Made by a program: the position numbers and the translations under genes. This document shows, piece by piece, positions 1 to 9,886 of a DNA stretch of 34,353 nt (position 1 is the first letter of the stretch; each line of letters opens with the position of its first letter). The notes beneath the pieces were generated by a model. The model did no database searches and was not told the DNA's origin. It worked only from the letters and a program-made list of their open reading frames with translations. This DNA comes from Brevinematia bacterium (GTDB taxonomy: Bacteria > Spirochaetota > Brevinematia > DTOW01), in assembly GCA_049968435.1 (NCBI GenBank), contig JBMFQU010000004.1, positions 1 through 34,353 on the forward strand. Reading direction: 5' to 3'.

Positions 1-69
1 GGGAAAATACTAAAAGTACTTTTCAAACATTCTTATATCGATTACAAAACTATAATATTAGGACTAAAC

Positions 70-911
70 TTAGAAATAATTAAATCTATTTAAAATTTTC
101 CCTATGAAGTCTAAACCTTCATCTATGCTTAAAGGAACCATTTCAAAAGGTATATTATACTTTTTGCATATCTCTTTAAACAGTAATGCAATTAAAGGTA
201 ACCTAAGCCTAGATTGATCTATTATTTCTTCTTCTTTAAAAAGATTCCTAGAATCACCATCATATATTATTTTTCCATTAAGCATAACTATGATTCTTTT
301 GGAATACTGAGCTATATACTCTATATCATGGGTAGCCATAACAATTGTCATTCCTTCTTCATTGAATTTTTTAACAAATCCATAAGTTCTTTTTGGGTTT
401 GGGGATCCAAAGATGATGTTGGTTCATCAAGAATCAATATATTTGGCCTAGTTGCAAGAACTCCTGCTATAGCAACCCTTTGCTTCTGACCTAAACTAAG
501 TTCACTTATTCTCTTTTTCCTAAGGTTTAATATTCCAACCTTAGAAAGTGCCTCTTCTATTCTACTCTCTATTTCATCTTTAGGCAATCCTAAATTATTA
601 GGTCCAAAAGAAACATCTTCTTCAACAGTAGCAGCAAATATCTGGTCATTCGGATCTTGAAACAAGAAACCAACTTTTGAAAAAATTTCATAACTTCTAT
701 AACTATTTATATCCTTAGACATGAATAGAACTTGACCTTTAGTAGGCTTTAAAAGACCATTAAAATGTTTCAATAATGTGGTCTTTCCACATCCATTAGG
801 CCCAAGTAATATTATAAATTCACCTTCTTCCACACTAAGATTTATATCCTTTATAACATAATCTTCATCTAAGTAAGCAAAATAAACATTTCTAAACTCA
901 AACAAATTCAT
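70..911 (-). pseudogene. cbiO: ECF transporter ATPase (CbiO/EcfA-like), split by a single-base frameshift into 348..911 and 70..351
   Basis: The N-part has Walker A GPNGCGKTT, Q-loop FQDPNDQIF, signature LSLGQKQR and Walker B LILDEP. The C-part starts with the H-loop TIVMATHD. One extra A in the A6 run (T6 at 367-372 on +) gives LLKKFNEEGMTIVMATHD and a 280-aa protein. ATG at 911 overlaps the upstream TGA (ATGA). It may be intact in vivo if this is a sequencing error. Confidence 0.85.
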
Positions 912-1687
912 ACTAATCCCTTTGACAAAAGACCTACAAAACATACTAAAACTAGATAAGCTAGAGTAAAAAGTAATTCTAAGAATTTAAATTTCTCTTT
1001 TTTATGATAAAACATTTTATCACTATACCCTCTAGCAATCATGGCTTCTGCAATTCTAGAAGTTCGCAACACTGAATTGACTAAAACTATTCCCCATAAT
1101 TGACCAAAAGATCTTATAGAAGTAAAAAAATTAATATACCCTAACCGGACATATTGTGCAGTATATATCCTTAAAACTTCTTCCTTTAATAAAAAAACAT
1201 ACCTATACATCATAATAACTATGTCAATAACTAAGATAGGGATACCTATGCTCCTTACAGCATCCAAAAATTCTTCAGTAGATGAAATCTTAGATAAAAT
1301 TGCTATAAGCCAAACACCCGATAATATGATAAAAAATATAGTAAAACCTTTTATAATACCTTCTATATATAAATCTATAAAAAATAATTTAAACTTTTGA
1401 GTTCCTAATTCCATCGTTGATTGAAGAATCAATATAAAAATACCAAATAATAAAGGAAACTTCAACATGTGAAATATATCTTTAAAATCTATTCTAAAAA
1501 AAATTGACCAAAAAACAACATTAGACAAAATAAATAAACTAAAAAACAAATCACGAAAAATAACATTTATAAACAGTACAGAAATAACAAAAAGCAATTT
1601 TAATCTCATATCAAGTTTGTATATTCTAAACTTTAAAGAATTAAAAAACATAGATAAACTATAAAAATGACCTTTGCTTAAATTCAT
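908..1687 (-). CDS. cbiQ: ECF transporter transmembrane T component (CbiQ/EcfT-like)
   Basis: Hydrophobic protein with LDMRLKL at the N-terminus, MMYRYVFLL, AQYVRLG and AMIARGY (the two X-Arg-X coupling motifs). It is coupled to the ATPase. ATG at 1687 follows a GGTAAGGA SD and is preferred over TTG at 1744. Confidence 0.85.
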   Translation of the reverse strand: MNLSKGHFYSLSMFFNSLKFRIYKLDMRLKLLFVISVLFINVIFRDLFFSLFILSNVVFWSIFFRIDFKDIFHMLKFPLLFGIFILILQSTMELGTQKFKLFFIDLYIEGIIKGFTIFFIILSGVWLIAILSKISSTEEFLDAVRSIGIPILVIDIVIMMYRYVFLLKEEVLRIYTAQYVRLGYINFFTSIRSFGQLWGIVLVNSVLRTSRIAEAMIARGYSDKMFYHKKEKFKFLELLFTLAYLVLVCFVGLLSKGLV

Positions 1688-1805
1688 AAATATCCTTACC
1701 CTATGGTAAGGTATAGTTATACTAAAACATAAACCTAAAATCAAATAAACTGTAAATAGAGTTGATATTAATTTTAATTCATAAAGATAAGGAAATAAAT
1801 TCTAA

Positions 1806-1814
1806 ATTATAACA
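1806..1814 (-). promoter_or_regulatory. Putative extended -10 promoter for the ECF T/A genes
   Basis: TGtTATAAT on the minus strand, about 120 nt upstream of the ATG and downstream of the hppA terminator. Confidence 0.45.
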
Positions 1815-1897
1815 ACTAAACTTTTCTAAACTTCCCTAAAAAACCCCAAGATACTTTAGAGAACAGGAATATAGAAAAGAAAAAATTAACCTAACAA

Positions 1898-1920
1898 TAA
1901 GTCAAAGGGGCAAGGCCCCT
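1898..1920 (-). terminator. Putative intrinsic terminator of hppA
   Basis: AGGGGC-CTT-GCCCCT hairpin (1906-1920) 10 nt after the stop codon, followed by TTGACTTATT (imperfect U tract). Confidence 0.6.
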
Positions 1921-1930
1921 ACTTAGAAAC

Positions 1931-4177
1931 CTAAGATTGTTTATTCTCTTCAACTATGGAACCTCTTTTACTTAGCATGACTGCAATACCTAGAAGTATC
2001 AAAGCACCAATCACTATTGCCAATTTAATCCATACTGACAAATTAAGGATTACAATTGGAGCAATTAGAAGGGATACAAGGTTTATAACTTTTATAAGTG
2101 GATTTAGAGAAGGTCCAGCAGTATCTTTGAAAGGGTCACCTACCGTATCACCAACTACTGAAGCTTTATGAGAATCTGTACCTTTTCCACCTAAGAAACC
2201 ATCTTCAATTTTCTTTTTAGCATTATCCCATACACCACCAGAATTTGCCATAAATACAGCCAAAAGTTGCCCTGTAAGAATAGCACCTGCTAAAAATCCT
2301 CCAAGTGCTTGAGCACCGAGTAAGAATCCAACAAGTATTGGTGAAAATATTGCAAGAATGCCTGGACCTATTAACTCCTTTTGAGCGGCAGCAGTAACTA
2401 TATCAACTGTCTTACCATAATCTGGTTTTTCTTTCCACTCCATTATGCCTGGCTTCTCCCTAAATTGTTTTCTAACCTCTTCAACAACCAAAAAAGCTGC
2501 TCTACCAACAGCTTTTATAGCAAAAGCCGAGAACAAAAACGGAACAGCACCACCTATTAGCAATCCTATAAAAACGTCAGGAAAGTTTATCTGAATTCCA
2601 ATATTAAAAAGATTAGCTTGATCGATAAAAGATCTAAACAAAGAAATAGCAGCAATAACTGCAGTAGCAATCGCTAAACCTTTAGTCAAAGCCTTAGTTG
2701 TATTTCCTATAGCATCCATTCTATCAAGAACTCTACTTGCATTTTTATTATTAACACCCGACATCTCAAATATACCATGAGCATTATCAGTGATAGGTCC
2801 ATAAGTATCCATTGCTAATATATAACCTGTAGTAGTTAATAATCCTAAACCTGTTAGAGATATACTATACGCAGCAAGGGACAAGTTATCAGGGAAAATT
2901 AATATAGCACCACCAATAGTACCAGCAATAACAAGAATAGCCCAAACGGAAGATTCAAGACCAACACCCATACCAGTTAGAATAACCGTAGCAGGTCCTG
3001 TCTTACTTGAATATGAAACTTCAGTAGCAGGTTTCTTATCAGGATGAGTAAAGTAGTCAGTAAGCCACATCGTAACTATAGCAAGGAATATACCAATAGT
3101 TGGAGGTATAATGAATCTAAAATCAGGTTTTCCAGTTAGCGGATCTATCAAATAAAAGTAGATAACCACAGCGAAACCTAAGATAGAAAGTACACCTGAA
3201 AGTACATATCCTCTAGTGATTCCCTTCATAGGATCTTGTTCATCTTCTTTCATCCTAACACTCCATATACCAATCATCGAAGAGAAAACACCAATGGCCC
3301 TAAGTATCAAAGGGAACATTATAAGTTGTAATGCAAAAGTTGTAGCCTTATCTCCGTACTTACTGACAAAAGAAGGATCAAGAAGAGTAGCAGCCGCAAG
3401 TATAATAGCAGCAACAAGTGTAACTTCATAAGATTCAAATACATCGGCAGTCATACCAGCACAATCTCCTACATTATCACCTACATTGTCAGCAATAGTA
3501 GCGGCATTTCTTGGATCATCTTCAGGTATACCTTTTTCAACCTTACCTACCAAATCAGCACCAACATCAGCAGCTTTGGTATAAATACCACCACCTACTC
3601 TCATAAAAAGAGCAGCAAGAGCAGCACCAAAACCAAAGCCAACTAAAACTTTCATCGCCTCTTCTCTAAATATCATAAATATTATGGTTGCACCAAGTAA
3701 TCCAAACCCTAGTGTAAACATTCCAGAAACAGCACCTGCTCTAAAAGAAACTTTCAAAGCATCCGAAAAACTTTTAGTCAGAGCAGTATAAGCAGTTCTT
3801 ACATTAGCCTTAACAGATAACCACATTCCAACAAATCCAGCACCATAAGAAGCAAAAACACCCATCAAGAAAGCAATAGTAATACCTAATGGTAAACGAA
3901 TATCTTCATAAACATTTTTATAAACAATGAAAAGAATAACCATGAGACCTATAATAAACCAGATCATTGTACTAAACTGTCTTCGCAAATACGCCATAGC
4001 TCCCTCTTCTATTGCAGAAGAAACCTCTAACATCTTCTTATCATCAACCTTTACTCTAAGAACATACCTAACAAGAAATATTCCGTAAACTAGAGCAATT
4101 ATAGCACTCGCTAGCACAAAGAATAGAATACTCCATTCAATCTGACTAAAGCTAGGTAACACTATATTACCTTCCAT
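1931..4177 (-). CDS. hppA: Membrane-bound pyrophosphatase, predicted K+-independent H+-translocating type
   Basis: Motifs [42 protein letters not shown] and [15 protein letters not shown] are present. GNTTKA has the Lys that marks K+-independence. Strong SD GAGGAGGAG. Confidence 0.96.
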   Translation of the reverse strand: MEGNIVLPSFSQIEWSILFFVLASAIIALVYGIFLVRYVLRVKVDDKKMLEVSSAIEEGAMAYLRRQFSTMIWFIIGLMVILFIVYKNVYEDIRLPLGITIAFLMGVFASYGAGFVGMWLSVKANVRTAYTALTKSFSDALKVSFRAGAVSGMFTLGFGLLGATIIFMIFREEAMKVLVGFGFGAALAALFMRVGGGIYTKAADVGADLVGKVEKGIPEDDPRNAATIADNVGDNVGDCAGMTADVFESYEVTLVAAIILAAATLLDPSFVSKYGDKATTFALQLIMFPLILRAIGVFSSMIGIWSVRMKEDEQDPMKGITRGYVLSGVLSILGFAVVIYFYLIDPLTGKPDFRFIIPPTIGIFLAIVTMWLTDYFTHPDKKPATEVSYSSKTGPATVILTGMGVGLESSVWAILVIAGTIGGAILIFPDNLSLAAYSISLTGLGLLTTTGYILAMDTYGPITDNAHGIFEMSGVNNKNASRVLDRMDAIGNTTKALTKGLAIATAVIAAISLFRSFIDQANLFNIGIQINFPDVFIGLLIGGAVPFLFSAFAIKAVGRAAFLVVEEVRKQFREKPGIMEWKEKPDYGKTVDIVTAAAQKELIGPGILAIFSPILVGFLLGAQALGGFLAGAILTGQLLAVFMANSGGVWDNAKKKIEDGFLGGKGTDSHKASVVGDTVGDPFKDTAGPSLNPLIKVINLVSLLIAPIVILNLSVWIKLAIVIGALILLGIAVMLSKRGSIVEENKQS

Positions 4178-4198
4178 AAACTCCTCCTCAAAGTTATT

Positions 4199-4227
4199 AT
4201 TATAGAAAGCGAAATTGATTTCAACAA
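4199..4227 (-). promoter_or_regulatory. Putative sigma70 promoter of hppA
   Basis: TTGTTG-17 nt-TATAAT on the minus strand, just upstream of the SD. Confidence 0.45.
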
Positions 4228-4332
4228 TATTAAAAGTCTTATAAAAATTATATTAATTATATTATACCAAAAATATTTAAATAAAAAGGCTATACTTTCC
4301 AAAGAAATCTAAGCTAATATAAAATACCTAAT

Positions 4333-4986
4333 GTGAATAAAAATTACTTAATTATAACTACAATATTACTACTATTTTCTTTACTAACATTTGTAATTTC
4401 AACTTTCATAATATACCCAAATAAATGGAAAAACTATTTGATTGAATTTATACAAAGCATAGAATCGAACGATAATAACAAAATAAACAAAATACTACTA
4501 GAGATTTCAAATAGCGGTAAGCCAGAAGAGTATAACTTCTTTTATGGTTTACTAAAATTTTACAACGGCGAAGAGGAGGAAGGAACAAAAATCTTAACTT
4601 CAATATCAAACTCAAATCTAAATGAAGAAGAAAAGGCTATTATGAATTTTCTAGTAGGAGAATATCTCCTTTTTAACAAAGATGTTTCTGGAATACCACT
4701 ACTTTTGAGCAAAGAGTGCTACAACATTTTTTCAAATTATGTAAACTATACCATAGGTATATACAATTTTGATAAAGGTAATTACGAAGAAGCTTTAGAA
4801 TTTTTATACTCAGCAACAAATATAGAAAATCAAGAAATAAAAAAAGAAGTACTTCTAAGAATAACTTTCATCTACCTTCTAAAAGAAGGTAAAATTGAAA
4901 GTAATATAATAAGTGAGATAGAAAAACTTGAATCTAATAAAAACTTCATAAGCAACATTATCAATCAGTTTAAAATCTTTTATTGA
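4333..4986 (+). CDS. Hypothetical membrane-anchored helical-repeat (TPR-like) protein
   Basis: N-terminal TM helix; TPR-like segments YTIGIYNFDKGNYEEALEFLYSA and FFYGLLKFYNGEEEEG; GTG start; 3' end overlaps the convergent gene by 17 bp. Confidence 0.65.
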   Translation: MNKNYLIITTILLLFSLLTFVISTFIIYPNKWKNYLIEFIQSIESNDNNKINKILLEISNSGKPEEYNFFYGLLKFYNGEEEEGTKILTSISNSNLNEEEKAIMNFLVGEYLLFNKDVSGIPLLLSKECYNIFSNYVNYTIGIYNFDKGNYEEALEFLYSATNIENQEIKKEVLLRITFIYLLKEGKIESNIISEIEKLESNKNFISNIINQFKIFY

Positions 4987-7900
4987 ATTTAACATTTACT
5001 TTTGGTTCAAATTCAACTTTATCATCTTTAACAGATGAAGAATATTCAAATTCAAACAAAAGAGATTTAAAATACCAGTTAAGAGCAAAACTGTGAAGCA
5101 AAACATTTGTATAACCTTGAAAGTTACCCAATGTATCAAATCCTAACTTATATTCCAAAAACAAAGTCGGCAAAATACTTTTACCAATCCTTAACTCTGT
5201 AAGCTTCATTATATCCTGAAAGGTAATAAATGTACTTCTATTTTCAATAAGAGAAATTAAATACGAAGATATAATAGGGGAAGTTATATAAAACATATCA
5301 AGCCCTGTATACTTTCTTACATTGTAAGAAATAAAATCATAAATACCAATTGTCTCAAGCAAAGAAAGTCCTTCCTTAACTAAATCACTAGACTTAGTTG
5401 GTATTCCTAAAAGAGAAAAAATTTCAGATCTAGTCCTTTCTGGCTGAGAGTAAAAAGTAGGATTTAACTGATTTGCCTTACCTGAAATCTTTGCAATTAT
5501 TTTCACATTCTCTTGATTAGATTTATCAAATATATAAGTATAAACTTCACCAACAACATAAGGTACAAAGTTAAACTCATCACCATTAAATATCAATCTA
5601 ATATAATCAATATCAAAAAACTTACCAACGTATCTCATTGTACCTGTTGAAAGGCTAACAACACCACTTAATGAAAGAGATTTATCTATAACTCTTCCAT
5701 TAACTACCACTTGTCCTTTCTCAATTTTGGAATTTATAACCTCAGATTCAAAATTAACACCATCCTCAAAAGATATATTGAAATTCCTCCAACTAGCAAT
5801 TTGAGCAAAATTAAAGAAATCCTTTTCATCTTTTTTAGTATCCTCAGAACTAATAAAGTAAAACTTTATACTAGCATCTCTATAAAAGTTAAGTCTACCA
5901 GAAATTGAAGGATTATCAAAAGAACCAGAAAGATTAAGAGATACAACTCCCGGCCCTCTCAATTCTATAATACCAAGATTAACATAAAAATTTTGAAAAC
6001 CAGATAAAGTCAGTACATTCAAACTAATAAAAGGATTATTTATATTCTGAAGATCCAACTTAGCACTGATACCTACTTTACCTAAATTATTGTATAGAAT
6101 ACCTTGATCAATAGATATGTTATTTCTATAAAACCTAACCCAAATTTCATTAGCCTTAAAAGAACTTTGAACTAGATCCAACTTTAAATTATCTATAACT
6201 ATCTTTCCATCTCCAAGTAAATCAAGAACACCGTTCTTCTTTAAAGAAAAATTTAGATTGTCAATAAAAAGTTTACCCTTAAAATCACTAATAAAATCAG
6301 GTACCAAAATGAAATTTAAAGGCAAAAATCCCTCAAAAGTACCTGAAAAAGCATCTTTATTTTCAAAAGCTTTTAGAGTATAAAAAACTTTCCCATCTCT
6401 AGTATAATACAGCAAAATATTGTTAGTTATTTTATAAAATGTTATACCATCTCCAGGCCCAAATACAGAAACGTTATCATTACTTACCCTTACAATTTTA
6501 CTCCAACTTTCATTTAATCCAGAAAAACCATTTATATTAACATCTAGTTTACCTTCAAAAACACCATTCTCAAAGCTACCTCCTAAAGAAATAACCTGAG
6601 GGATGTAAGATTCTTGGGGAATACGAGGATAAATCTTAAGTTTAGACAAAAAACTTCTTTTATCTCTAAATGAAAAATTAAAAGCAAAAACATTAAAGTA
6701 GTCAAACAAAGAAATTGATCCTTCAATAGAATTAGTACTTTTGTTAACTTTTATAATAGATTTATAAAACAATCCCAGCAACTCTACCTTTAAATCAGCC
6801 GCCAACTCTTCAAACATATCATAAAAATTATCTTTTGTAACGTCCAAATAAGCATTAAAACTACCAGATATTTTATCCAAAGGAACACCCACTAAATATG
6901 AAAAATAAAAATTCTTAAGATTAGCTACAATATAGAACATTTTAAAATCATCCGAGGTAACTGTAATTTTTGAATCATCTAAATATAGCTCTCCTTTTAA
7001 TTTATTAGCAAAACTTAATCTACCATTAAAATTAATAATTTTTTGTGGAGCATATATATAACTATCTTGAATCCTTAAATCCTCTAAAGTGCCATTAACT
7101 TTTATATCAAACTTATATTCAGAATAATTAAGTACTGTAGAAAATGATAACTCCTTATTAGAAAAAGTCAAAAAAGCTTTACTAAAGTTAAGAGCACCTA
7201 CTGAAAAATTAGTAAGAACTAACTTAATAGAACCAAAATTAGTAGATATACTCCCATAACCAAACTGCCTTAATCTAATAAGAATATTATCTTCACCACT
7301 ATAATATGCATTTAGAGGAATAGAAACATTACCAATAGCTAAGATTAAATCTGCACTTAGTTTATTCGTCAAACTCAAATTACCTCTTAAAGATAACTTA
7401 AGTGGTAAGAATTCAAAGTTATTAATTTTTATGTTTTTCGTAGATAAATCGCTTAATAAACTCAAACTAAAAGAATCACCTTTACCTAGAATGGAAATAA
7501 CATTATGCGAAACATTTAATTTCATTTCTTGTACTTCAAATAAGGTATTCAAACTAGGAAAAAATTTATTAAACAACCTACTCTTAAAATAAAATTCTCC
7601 TATTGAGTTATCCAAATCAAAAGCACCAGAAATATATTCGTTTGTTAAAATAATAAAATTAGAAGAAAAAACAAGATTATCTAAAAAATTACCATAAATA
7701 CTATCAACTCTTATAAAAGATTTATCAACTCTAAAACCCTTATCAAAAATTTTTAAATCAGCTTTAAAATCCAGACTATGATCAGCAACATTCAAATTGT
7801 TTAACTTGATATAAGCATTGTTATCATCATACTTAAATGAAAAATATTTTCTCTTAGGTAAATCCGAATATTTAAAGAAAGCATATAAATTATTACTAAC

Positions 7901-8839
7901 ATTTCTTAAAAAACCATAAGCATTAGTTCCATATAAATAAGCACCAAAATAATTATTAGAAACAGATAGGGAAATATAGGTACCCTTTAGTAATGAACTT
8001 AAAATAGCTTGTGAATCTGGTAGAATAGAAATATAATTAAATTCTTTTACAGAATTAGTAACTCTAGCAATATTCCTTAACAAAAAATCAGCAACCAAAA
8101 CACCATCCTTATACTTTAATTCACCATTATAATTCTCAGAAAAACAAACACCCACTAAGGTACCATTCTGAGTAAATAAATTCATCCTAATATCTTCAAT
8201 TTTATTACCCATAACTTCACTATTCTTGATTTCCAATTTACTAGATAGGGTAAAGTTATTGTTAGTTTTAAATATAACAATACCAGAAAAAGAAACACTT
8301 GACTTGAAAAACTTAACAACATCTCCAATTCCATAAGAAACATCAGATAACAAATCAAAACTTACAATACTTCCAGAATGAATATTAAACTTAAGTTTAT
8401 CAACTATCACCACCCAATCTCCATAATAAACTCTAACTTTATCAAACATAAACTTTGATTTAGATAATTTATCTAAATAGTAATATAAATTAACTTCATT
8501 AGCTTCACCCAAATCTATACTATTACTTACCAATTTAAGATCTACATCTCTAAAATCAATTAATCCTATAGGTAATTTACCAATAAATAACTTCCTAAGG
8601 TCAAAAGATACAATCGTTTCCTTTGAAAAGACGGAAAAATTTTTGTTTGAAAATGTTATATTCCGAATCTTTAAATTGAAAAGATAACCCAAACGTGCAT
8701 TTTCAAATTTAACTACTCCAAAATCTCCTAAGACAACGTTTTTGTAATATGTATTTAAAATATAATTGAAAACAAATATTAACAAAAAATAAAACAAAAT
8801 AACAACAGGTATTACAAACAATATCTTTAATATTCTCAT
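4970..8839 (-). CDS. TamB/AsmA-like (DUF490-type) translocation and assembly module protein
   Basis: 1289 aa, N-terminal signal anchor and a long amphipathic beta-strand body. The C-terminal region has TamB-like motifs (LNLSGSFDNPSISGRL, GTMRYVGKFF, ISGKANQLNPTFYSQPERTRSEIFSLL) and ends in a terminal Phe. Confidence 0.7.
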   Translation of the reverse strand: MRILKILFVIPVVILFYFLLIFVFNYILNTYYKNVVLGDFGVVKFENARLGYLFNLKIRNITFSNKNFSVFSKETIVSFDLRKLFIGKLPIGLIDFRDVDLKLVSNSIDLGEANEVNLYYYLDKLSKSKFMFDKVRVYYGDWVVIVDKLKFNIHSGSIVSFDLLSDVSYGIGDVVKFFKSSVSFSGIVIFKTNNNFTLSSKLEIKNSEVMGNKIEDIRMNLFTQNGTLVGVCFSENYNGELKYKDGVLVADFLLRNIARVTNSVKEFNYISILPDSQAILSSLLKGTYISLSVSNNYFGAYLYGTNAYGFLRNVSNNLYAFFKYSDLPKRKYFSFKYDDNNAYIKLNNLNVADHSLDFKADLKIFDKGFRVDKSFIRVDSIYGNFLDNLVFSSNFIILTNEYISGAFDLDNSIGEFYFKSRLFNKFFPSLNTLFEVQEMKLNVSHNVISILGKGDSFSLSLLSDLSTKNIKINNFEFLPLKLSLRGNLSLTNKLSADLILAIGNVSIPLNAYYSGEDNILIRLRQFGYGSISTNFGSIKLVLTNFSVGALNFSKAFLTFSNKELSFSTVLNYSEYKFDIKVNGTLEDLRIQDSYIYAPQKIINFNGRLSFANKLKGELYLDDSKITVTSDDFKMFYIVANLKNFYFSYLVGVPLDKISGSFNAYLDVTKDNFYDMFEELAADLKVELLGLFYKSIIKVNKSTNSIEGSISLFDYFNVFAFNFSFRDKRSFLSKLKIYPRIPQESYIPQVISLGGSFENGVFEGKLDVNINGFSGLNESWSKIVRVSNDNVSVFGPGDGITFYKITNNILLYYTRDGKVFYTLKAFENKDAFSGTFEGFLPLNFILVPDFISDFKGKLFIDNLNFSLKKNGVLDLLGDGKIVIDNLKLDLVQSSFKANEIWVRFYRNNISIDQGILYNNLGKVGISAKLDLQNINNPFISLNVLTLSGFQNFYVNLGIIELRGPGVVSLNLSGSFDNPSISGRLNFYRDASIKFYFISSEDTKKDEKDFFNFAQIASWRNFNISFEDGVNFESEVINSKIEKGQVVVNGRVIDKSLSLSGVVSLSTGTMRYVGKFFDIDYIRLIFNGDEFNFVPYVVGEVYTYIFDKSNQENVKIIAKISGKANQLNPTFYSQPERTRSEIFSLLGIPTKSSDLVKEGLSLLETIGIYDFISYNVRKYTGLDMFYITSPIISSYLISLIENRSTFITFQDIMKLTELRIGKSILPTLFLEYKLGFDTLGNFQGYTNVLLHSFALNWYFKSLLFEFEYSSSVKDDKVEFEPKVNVKFNKRF

Positions 8840-8893
8840 ACACTAAAAATATAATAATCTCAAAAGATGATATACAATAAGATAATTAAAAAC

Positions 8894-8922
8894 TTGACTC
8901 AAAATCAAACTATTATTAAATT
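8894..8922 (+). promoter_or_regulatory. Putative sigma70 promoter of the metal ABC operon
   Basis: TTGACT (8894-8899)-17 nt-TAAATT (8917-8922). Confidence 0.6.
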
Positions 8923-8934
8923 TAGTATAACAAT

Positions 8935-8957
8935 ATCCATATCCAATGGATATGGAT
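8935..8957. promoter_or_regulatory. Perfect 11-1-11 inverted repeat, candidate metalloregulator operator
   Basis: ATCCATATCCA-A-TGGATATGGAT lies between the promoter and the GGAGGT SD (8968-8973). Confidence 0.7.
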
Positions 8958-8976
8958 TATAATTAGTGGAGGTAAC

Positions 8977-9879
8977 ATGAAAAAGTTTATTTTGTCAATG
9001 CTATTATCAGTATTAGCCTTAGGATTAATTAGTCCTAAGGTTTATACAGATCAAACTGAAGTAATATTTTCAACTATACCTCCGATAAAGTATTTAATTG
9101 ATAGAATAACAGAAAACACAAGCTTATCAAGTGAATCAATAATTGAGAGAGGACAAGACCCTCATAACTTTGAATTAAAACCATCGTTAATAAAAAAGTT
9201 AGAAAAAGCTAAGTTATACTTTGCTGTAGGAATGGGAGGAACTGAAGAGATCCTTTTAGAAAAAATAAAAACTACCTATCCAAACTTAAAGATAGTAAAT
9301 ATATCAGAAGGAATAGAAAAAATAAAAACTTATGCTCACCATAAGCATAATCATGATAGTGATCATGATAGTGATAAAGAAAATCTCATTCCAAGTTATG
9401 ATCCTCATATATGGAATTCACCAAAGAATATGAAGAAAATTGCAAAAAACATTTATAACACAATTAAAGCAATTTATCCACAATACGAAAAAACTTTTGA
9501 ATCAAATTACAGAAGATTAATTAGTGATCTTGATAACTTAGATAAAGAGGTTTCAAAAATTCTATCTCCATATAAAGGTAAAAAATTCTTAGTATATCAT
9601 TCTGCTTTTAAGTATTTTGAGAAAGATTATGGGGTAAAAGAAATATCGATAGAATATGAAGGTAAAGAAGCAACTCCCAAAATGATACAAGAAATACTAG
9701 AAATCGCCAAAAAAGAAAACATAAAAATAATATTTGTCCAAATTGGCTTTTCAACCAAAAGTGCTAATATAATAGCTGAAAGTGTTAAAGCAAAAGTTGA
9801 AGAAATAAATCCTATTGATTATGATTACATTAACAATATTAGAAATTTTGCCAAAAAAATAGCAGAAAGTTATAAATAA
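8977..9879 (+). CDS. znuA: Zn/Mn ABC transporter substrate-binding protein (ZnuA, cluster A-I)
   Basis: Signal peptide; DPHNFE, DPHIW and YHSAF metal-ligand motifs; His/Asp-rich loop HHKHNHDSDHDSD typical of Zn-specific members. Confidence 0.9.
   Translation: MKKFILSMLLSVLALGLISPKVYTDQTEVIFSTIPPIKYLIDRITENTSLSSESIIERGQDPHNFELKPSLIKKLEKAKLYFAVGMGGTEEILLEKIKTTYPNLKIVNISEGIEKIKTYAHHKHNHDSDHDSDKENLIPSYDPHIWNSPKNMKKIAKNIYNTIKAIYPQYEKTFESNYRRLISDLDNLDKEVSKILSPYKGKKFLVYHSAFKYFEKDYGVKEISIEYEGKEATPKMIQEILEIAKKENIKIIFVQIGFSTKSANIIAESVKAKVEEINPIDYDYINNIRNFAKKIAESYK
9352..9375 (+). repeat. 12-bp tandem duplication in the His-rich loop
   Basis: CATGATAGTGAT x2, encoding HDSD-HDSD. Confidence 0.8.
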
Positions 9880-9886
9880 AGAATCT

